A stretch of 64,000 bases of DNA from Fistulifera solaris (taxonomy: Eukaryota). Location of the stretch: positions 868,001 through 932,000 of the forward strand of contig AP026130.1 of assembly GCA_030295235.1 (NCBI GenBank). Direction: 5' to 3'. The notes beneath the pieces are model-generated. The model was not told the DNA's origin, made no database searches, and saw nothing but the letters and a program-made list of their open reading frames with translations. A program made the position numbers and the translations under genes. Positions 57,007 through 64,000 of the stretch are shown piece by piece (positions within the stretch are counted from its first letter, which is position 1; each line of letters begins with the position of its first letter).

Positions 57007-57451
57007 TCATTACTTTGTACTCATTACCAGGTACAGCACATAGTAGGGGTCTACGTCAGCCTTTACTACGTACGTGACACAGTATAAACTACCGATGAGC
57101 GCGGTACCGGTACTACGTACCAGGTACGGGACTGTACTAGTAATACACTCTACGATCTACGACGTACCACGTACGTGGTACGTGGTAAAATGCAGCGTGC
57201 AAGGAATTCGTCCCACGGAGCCCGGAGCGGAGCAGCCCGCGGACGAAAACAGTTTTCAGCGCTCGCAACCTGTTCACAGTTTCGCACGATCAATCGACTT
57301 TTACTTGCCCCAGAACATCCTATTCCATTGTTTACCAAATAAATAAGCATCTACATCTACAATCACATAAAAGCTAACGACGGTGCTCGCAATCGATATT
57401 TGTGACTTGGTCAGAAAAGAGTATACCATTACGTTTTCACGAGAGTCGGAT

Positions 57452-59764
57452 ATGTCCCCTTTGTCGTGTGGCTCTCGATTCGGAGGTCACTGGCGAAAGT
57501 ATCACTTGAGAGCAGTATTCCAAAGTATTGCATTTGTTTCTCTTGTATTTGGAGCTCTTATTTATCACTCAGGCATCAAGGAAAGTCAGAAGTTGAACTC
57601 AAGTCGCTTCGAGAGTTCAGGCGCTTCTTTCTTGCGACGAGACGATGAAACAAGTGCATTCTTCTCCGTAACCAAGCAACATGATCGTCATGAATTTACC
57701 CCCTTGATTTTTGATCAAGTTGTTGAAGACGCAGTATTCATGCAACATCGACTTCATAGACCTACTCATCATCTCAATCGAAGGACCTTACAGCCGTGTG
57801 AAGATATCAAGAAAGCTAATCCCAAATGGATGCTGCTATTTTACATTATGGGGGTTTTATACATGTTCCTAGCGCTGGCTATTGTTTGTGATGAGTTCTT
57901 TGTGCCCGCTCTCGAAGAAATGGCTAGCAGTCATCATCTTGATCTATCCATGGACGTGGCTGGCGCAACTCTGATGGCCGCAGGTAAGAATGACCACGGA
58001 AATGATTTCTCTTTGTCTCGGTGGTAAACACCTGTCACTTACGAAATGTTTTAAGGCGGCAGCGCTCCTGAGTTGTTTACAAGTCTCTTTGGTACTTTTC
58101 AAGAGTCCGAAATCGGATTTGGAACGATTGTTGGTTCCGCGGTCTTCAACGTGCTTTTCGTTCTTGCCATGTGCGCTGTCTTCGCAAAAGAAGTACTCCA
58201 ACTGACATGGTGGCCCCTCTTCCGCGACAGCCTCTGCTATACAATAGGATTGATCGTCCTGGTTACCTTTATGACCTACGTTTCGCCGGGAGAGATTGAA
58301 TGGTGGGAGTCTCTCTTTCTATTCGCCATGTATTGGGCGTACTGTTTCATGATGTGGAAGAATGCGGAACTATACAAATATATCACTGGAAAAGACCTGA
58401 TACCCTCCGGAGAACTGAGCCCCAATGACCGAGATAGTCCGGCAGATGAAGCCTTCGTCGAAGAGATTCCACGACCGGCAGACGAGATTCATGATTCACA
58501 GGCCACCAACAGTATCGGTAGCAGTGGGGGACCAAACATGATGCCTGAAAATCAGCATTTGACAACGTCCTCGTGCATCTCATGGCAGGGGACGTTTCGG
58601 GCAGGAATACTCAGGTTGTTGCGAGATCCAGGCAACTGGTTGGAAGTAGGAGGAATCGGTATTGTGGCCAAAATGACTGGAGACGTTAACACTGTCTTTC
58701 GGAACATTGATAAAAATGGAGACCGCTTTATCGACAAAGAAGAGCTACGCCTTTTATTTGATCACCTTGACGCTCATGTGTCACCGGTTGACCTGGAAGA
58801 AGTGTTTTATTCGCTCGATGAAAACAAAGACGGAGTCATCAGCGAACAAGAATTTCAGAAATGGTATTCTACATCAAAGGATCTCATCCGATCGCAGGCC
58901 AAATCGGTTTTTGAATCGCTTGATCGAGATAAATCTGGAGCGATTGATAAGCACGAGGTGAAAGCCTTACTCCTGGAATTGGATCCGCGCGTCACGGATG
59001 ATGATTGTGCTCGTGCAATTGTTGAAATGTGCAAAGATGGATCGCGAGAAGAAATAACATTCAGAGAATTTGAGGAGTGGTACGAGCACTCGATTATATA
59101 CGAACGTAAAAAGAAGACTATCGAGGAAGAATCCAAGGGGGTATGGGAAAGCCTAAAGCCCCCTTATGGCGGTGGATGGGTGGCTTGGCTAATGTACATT
59201 GTCGTTCTACCTTTGATTGGACCTATGACAATCACTATTCCCGATGTCAGAGTTCAGGGACGAGGGAAGTACTGCTATCTTTCATTCTTAATATCAATCG
59301 GTTGGATCGCGCTTTTCGCGTATGCTATGGTATCCTGGGCGGAAATCATTGGATTTACAATCGGGATTCCTTCGGTTGTTATGGGATTGACGGTACTTGC
59401 TGCAGGGACGTCTGTACCAGATTTGCTCACAAGTGTGATTGTAGCTCGTCGAGGATCTGGTGACATGGCTGTTTCAAGCTCCATCGGAAGCAATATCTTC
59501 GACATTCTTGTGGGGCTACCTTTTCCGTGGCTTCTTTACAGTGCTGTTTATCAGGATTCCGTTTTCATTGTTTTAGAAAGCGTCGAGATCAATCTCATCC
59601 TTTTAATCGGAATGCTTGTTTTCTTGATTGCCTCCATCCATTGCCAGGGATGGAAATTGACAAGGACATTGGGTGTTATGATGATGATTTTCTATGTCGG
59701 GTATTTGATCCAGGCAATTGTGCAGGAGCTTCCTTTTGTATCTTGTACTAAAGATAGCCAATAG
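57452..59764 (+). CDS. K+-dependent Na+/Ca2+ exchanger (NCKX/SLC24-like) with EF-hands; intron 57984-58055
   Basis: Alpha-1 repeat VCDEFFVPAL...VAGATLMAAG-GSAPELFTS...GTIVGSAVFN; alpha-2 repeat LAAGTSVPD...SSIGSNIFD. EF loops DKNGDRFIDKEE, DENKDGVISEQE and DRDKSGAIDKHE. Confidence 0.93.
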
Positions 59765-59846
59765 CTAAGTTTTTCCCTCCCTCCCTCCTGAATGAAGCAT
59801 ATTGCATTAATTAAAACATTTAGTAATCCGATTTAGCTGTTTATTC

Positions 59847-62703
59847 TCAATTCAACGTCAAACAGTTCTTGAGGAGCTGTACAATTGCATCTTTCCCAGA
59901 GGCAGATTCACGAAGCCCGAGTCCTTGTTTCAACTCGATAAGCTCTTCCTCCGTCAAATTCTCCAACTGTAACCGCCCCGCCGCTAATTCTTCACTCTTA
60001 TGCGTAAACAAAGTCATCCTGACAACCAGCTCACTCTTGGATCCAGTCTGTGATATTCCTGCAGCATAGCATTTCTGTTGCAATCGCGAAATATCCATTG
60101 CTTCGAAAGCAGCAACAATTTCAGCCCCAGATCTCTTCGGAGTATCTTCATCGGAATATCGCAGATAGGCCAAGGCATTCTGCAAAATAGCCATTCCGTG
60201 CGCTGGACTTGTCAAAATTGATTCTGGGTGAAACTGGACGGCCGCAAACGGAAGGGTTTTGTGCTTGATACCCATTACGATACCATCATCACTTAGAGCA
60301 GTCACTTCCAGACAGGAAGGAAGACGTTCTCTAATACCATGAAGAGAGTGATAACGAGCCACTTCGAACGTATCCGGAAGTCCCGTAAATATGCTTCCAA
60401 CCTCTTTTCCGGGGTATGTTAAACTGACGGATGATGGCTTTCCGTGCATTGGATAACCCAAAACTCCCAGTGACCCACCAAAATGCTCCACCATACCTTG
60501 AAGGCCGAGACAGACACCAAAAGCCGGTATTCTGTGCTTTATCAGGAATTCAATAGTATTCGACAAGCCAAAGTCAGACGGATTACCAGGTCCTGGTGAC
60601 AAGACGACCATGTCAGGCTTCTGTCCCTTAGCAATCAACGACTCCATGGTGGAAAGGGCAGATGAACCGCTTCGAAGTGTTCTTACGGTAGCACCCGTTT
60701 GTCGCAAGTAGTTGCCCAACGTGTGCACGAACGAGTCCTCATGATCGACCAAGATAACCGACTTGCCTTGACCGGGTCGTTGCCGATCCAATTTTGCGAC
60801 CTTGGCTTGGGCAGCAGCCTCTGCACTATCTTCGGGGCCTTCTTGCACGATAGCATCAATCATAGCCGACGCTTTCAATTCTGTCTCGAGTTCCTCGGCT
60901 ACTGGGTTGGAGTCGTACAACAACGTGGCACCCGCACGAACTTCAGCCACGCCGTTTTTCACACGCACCGTTCGAAGGGTAAGACCGGTATTTAAACCTC
61001 CGTCAAAACCGACCATGCCCACTGCACCGCCGTACCAGTGGCGCGGTGACCGTTCATTGTCTTCGACAAACTGTATGGCCCAGGTTTTAGGCGCACCCGT
61101 CACTGTCACGGCCCACGTGTGACACAAGAATGCATCCAGTGCATCAAATTCGGGACGGAGATATCCTTCCACATGATCCACGGTGTGAATCAAACGAGAG
61201 TACATTTCGATTTGACGACGTCCAATCACTTGCACGGAGCCGGGTTCGCAAATACGAGACTTGTCGTTTCGATCCACATCGGTACACATGGTAAGCTCAC
61301 TTTCTTCCTTAGCATTCATCATGAGCGATTTGACACGTTGTGCATCTTCCAAGGCATCCGCTCCACGTGCTACGGTACCGGAAATGGGACACGTTTCGAC
61401 CCGAATAGCTCCCGGTCGATAATCATTGTCTTCGGTAGCTTCACAGCGGACAAACATTTCCGGACTGGCCCCAACCAAATACTCTTGTTCCCCCAAATTG
61501 ATTAAAAAAACCATATGGGGCTGGATTGCGGGCACGAAGTCGCCGAAACAACTTGGAGGGAGGAGTCTCGGCACCGAGTTTCTCGCGAAAGGTCTGGGAC
61601 AGGACGGCTTCAAACAAATTTCCAACGGCAAACTCTCTCTTCGCTTTTTCCACACTTGCCGCAAATTCATTGACCGGCGTATCTCGGGGCGTGAAATTCG
61701 GTGTTTTGGTTTCGTCAAACGGTGCAAAGGGTTCCGCTTCGGTAGTGCGTGGCAATCCCCGCGTCGATTTTCCATTCACACTGAAATCGTACGCCACCGT
61801 CCACGAATCCCGTTTATCTTGATCGACAACAACAATTTTGTCGGGCAAATACAACACCAAATCCCGTTGATCGTCGTCGCGGTCTTGTTTCAAGTCGATA
61901 GGCTCAAATTGGAACGTCAGATCATAACCAAAGGCCCCGTAAAATCCCAACTGCCGACAATCTCCTTTATACGCAAAGAGATCGACCAAAGCACGAACAA
62001 TTGAAAACAGAGAGGGTTGTCGACTACGATCTTCTTCACTAAATGATCCCACTTCGGGAGGAGGGACTACTTTTGCGTGAAGGGTCTTGACAATCGCCTC
62101 TCCGGACCCATTCAACGGTGTTTCTTCCACAACCTCAATGGCACTCAACAAACCATCGCGTTTCATTTGCTGCAATGCTTCTTGCACGGCGGGCATGAGC
62201 ACATCACCGCGTTCGTTCAACGAACGAATGTGACAATCGGCACCTCGTCCCGATATTTCCAACGGCGGATCGACGAATCCCAACGACCAACGCGCGTATC
62301 GACCGGGGAATTCGTAACTACTCATTAACAAGACACCCTTCTTTTCGTCCAGTTGATCCATGAGTTCTTCCATGACGGTCATACTGTTGATTTCATTATC
62401 GTTCGCGGAAACAGTCGTCGCGTACGGCAAGGGCTCGACGGTGGCGATGATTTGCACACCGCCTTGACTCGTATATTCTCCTCCCAAGGGACGCACCGGA
62501 GGCGCCCCCAGCGACAAATTGCGTCGTGCCGCATCTTGACTGGCCGTAGCGACACCACGACCTCCTTGTTTCGGAACAATTACGGCTTCGGTCGACGATT
62601 GTGCGATGCACGTCTGTACTACTCGCGGTGTGTGTTGATGAGGAACGACGAAGGCGTCCGCGTGCAACGTAAGGAGTGATACGATGGCCCAAAATCGGAT
62701 CAT
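59847..62703 (-). CDS. trpEG: Anthranilate synthase, fused alpha+beta subunits (TrpE-TrpG), plastid-targeted; frameshift near 61505-61520
   Basis: [41 protein letters not shown] and WYGGAVG; GATase [22 protein letters not shown] and QFHPES; ADA-F presequence. Confidence 0.95.
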
Positions 62704-62915
62704 GTTGTAGCCGATCAAAGAGCGGTTAGATCAATCAGTGAAACGAAAGTGCTTGTTGTTGTCAATTAATCAGTTGGAATATTGGAAGGTAATAATGAAG
62801 CATGTGTGCGTTTTCATGGGAGATGTCTTTCCGACCGACCGCAAAACAAAACGTCGCTTTCAACTGCCGCCACTCACAACGGAATAGGGACTGGCAGTCC
62901 CGTAAAGGATTCGAA

Positions 62916-64000
62916 TCCGGGTTCCCCCTCTGCCGCTAAATTTCCTTACGGAGGCCTACGTGGGTTCTACGCAAAAGTCTTACAAGCGTTGCATTGTTGA
63001 TCCTTTAGATGTTCTCGGCTCCCGTTGCGCTCAAATGTGAATAAACGGTATGAGTTTACACTGTTGGAGATGTCAGAAATGATGCCGCTATTAATGAGAC
63101 CCGAAAAATGGATCGGTCAAACTTCTTGAGTTTCCGGGTTCCCCCTCTGCCGCTAAATTTCCTTACCGAGGCCTACGTGAGTTCTACGCAGAAGTCTTAC
63201 AAGCGTTGCATTGTTGATCCTTTAGATGTTCTCGGCTCCCATTGCGCTCCAACATGAATTGACAAACTGCATTTAGACTGTTGGCGATGTCAGAAATGAT
63301 GCCGCTATTAATGAGACCCGAAAAATGGATCGGTCAAGCTTCTTGAGTTTCCGGGTTCCCCCTCTGCCGCTAAATTTCCTTACCGAGGCCTACGTGAGTT
63401 CTACGCAGAAATATTACAAGCGTTGCATTGTTGATCCTTTCGATGTTCTCGGCACCCGCTGCGCTCCAACATGAATTGACAAACTGCATTTAGGCTGTTG
63501 GCGATGTCAGAAATGATGCCGCTATTAATGAGACCCGAAAAATGGATCGGTCAAACTTCTTGAGTTTCCGGGTTCCCCCTCTGCCGCTAAATTTCCTTAC
63601 CGAGGCCTACGTGAGTTCTACGCAGAAATCTTACAAGCGTTGCATTGTTGATCCTTTGGATGTTCTCGGCTCCCGTTGCGCTCCAATATAAGCTAGCAAA
63701 ATGCATACACACTGTTGGCGATGTCAGAAATGATGCCGCTATTAATGAGACCCGAAAAATGGATCGGTCAAACTTCTTGAGTTTCCGGGTTTCCCCTCTG
63801 TCGATAAATTTCCTTACCGAGGCCTACGTGAGTTCTACGCAGAAATCTTACAAGCGTTGCATTGTTGATCCTTTAGATGTTCTCGGCTCCCGTTGCGCTC
63901 AAATGTGAATAAACCGTTTGAGTTTACACTGTTGGAGATGTCAGAAATGATGCCGCTATTAATGAGACCCGAAAAATGGATCGGTCAAACTTCTTGAGTT
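62916..64000. repeat. Tandem array, 217-bp unit, at least 5 copies (continues past the window edge)
   Basis: Units start TCCGGGTT at 62916, 63133, 63350, 63567 and 63784. Confidence 0.97.

Noticed and set aside
1079..62692. Numerous antisense and alternate-frame ORFs overlapping the called genes
   Set aside because: Shadow ORFs with no recognisable motifs.
862..62703. Widespread frameshifts read as programmed frameshifting or mass pseudogenisation
   Set aside because: They are mostly single-base losses in homopolymer runs and affect essential genes (CDC6, RAE1, trpEG). This is the typical signature of unpolished long-read sequence.
62916..64000. 217-bp array as a CRISPR array
   Set aside because: The constant part is ~190 bp, the variable parts are mutually homologous and reused, the context is eukaryotic, and no cas genes are present.
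62916..64000. 217-bp unit as a repeated exon-intron cassette (minus strand has GTAAG...CTGAC...CAACAG with a ~111-nt 'exon')
   Set aside because: All three frames of the putative exon contain stops in the unit checked, and the most open frame is broken again in unit 4. A non-coding spliced RNA cannot be excluded.
1..64000. tRNA, rRNA or snRNA genes
   Set aside because: No cloverleaf with A/B boxes or rRNA-like sequence was recognised by eye. A tRNAscan-SE/Infernal run would be needed to exclude them.

Overview
Gene-dense eukaryotic nuclear DNA, most likely from a diatom. This is an inference from short 60-110 bp GT-AG introns, signal peptides ending in ASAF-type plastid-targeting motifs, and a fused TrpE-TrpG. 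About 30 protein-coding genes are supported, including a TPR protein (partial), an HPC2/ubinuclein-like protein, a Ski8-like WD40 protein, leishmanolysin, a 2OG-Fe(II) oxygenase, a DnaJ protein, Cdc6, PIG-H, sterol C14-reductase, a Tudor/PWWP-like HDAC, selenoprotein S, SLP-2, a TLDc protein, an MFS transporter, plastid RPE, SFT2, RAE1, a RAP-domain protein, a DUF2358-like protein, FCP1, a ZIP transporter, a CREST-like hydrolase, an EF-hand NCKX and anthranilate synthase. Many genes carry single-base frameshifts, mostly in homopolymer runs, which points to an unpolished long-read assembly rather than real pseudogenes. Non-coding features are two long-unit tandem arrays (~230 bp and 217 bp), a 184-bp non-autonomous Helitron at the junction of a ~560-bp duplication of the PIG-H 5' region, an internally deleted PIF/Harbinger element, three clusters of phased TCCAGA-N3-TCTGG palindromes, and a long inverted repeat upstream of FCP1. 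The most notable signals are: a SelS gene missed by the ORF track, with a penultimate UGA, a proximal stem-loop and an atypically short SECIS-like hairpin; the 217-bp array with a fixed-length hypervariable 28-nt cassette; the chromatin-reader-HDAC fusion; and the CREST-like secreted protein. All homology calls come from motif recognition by eye; no searches were run.
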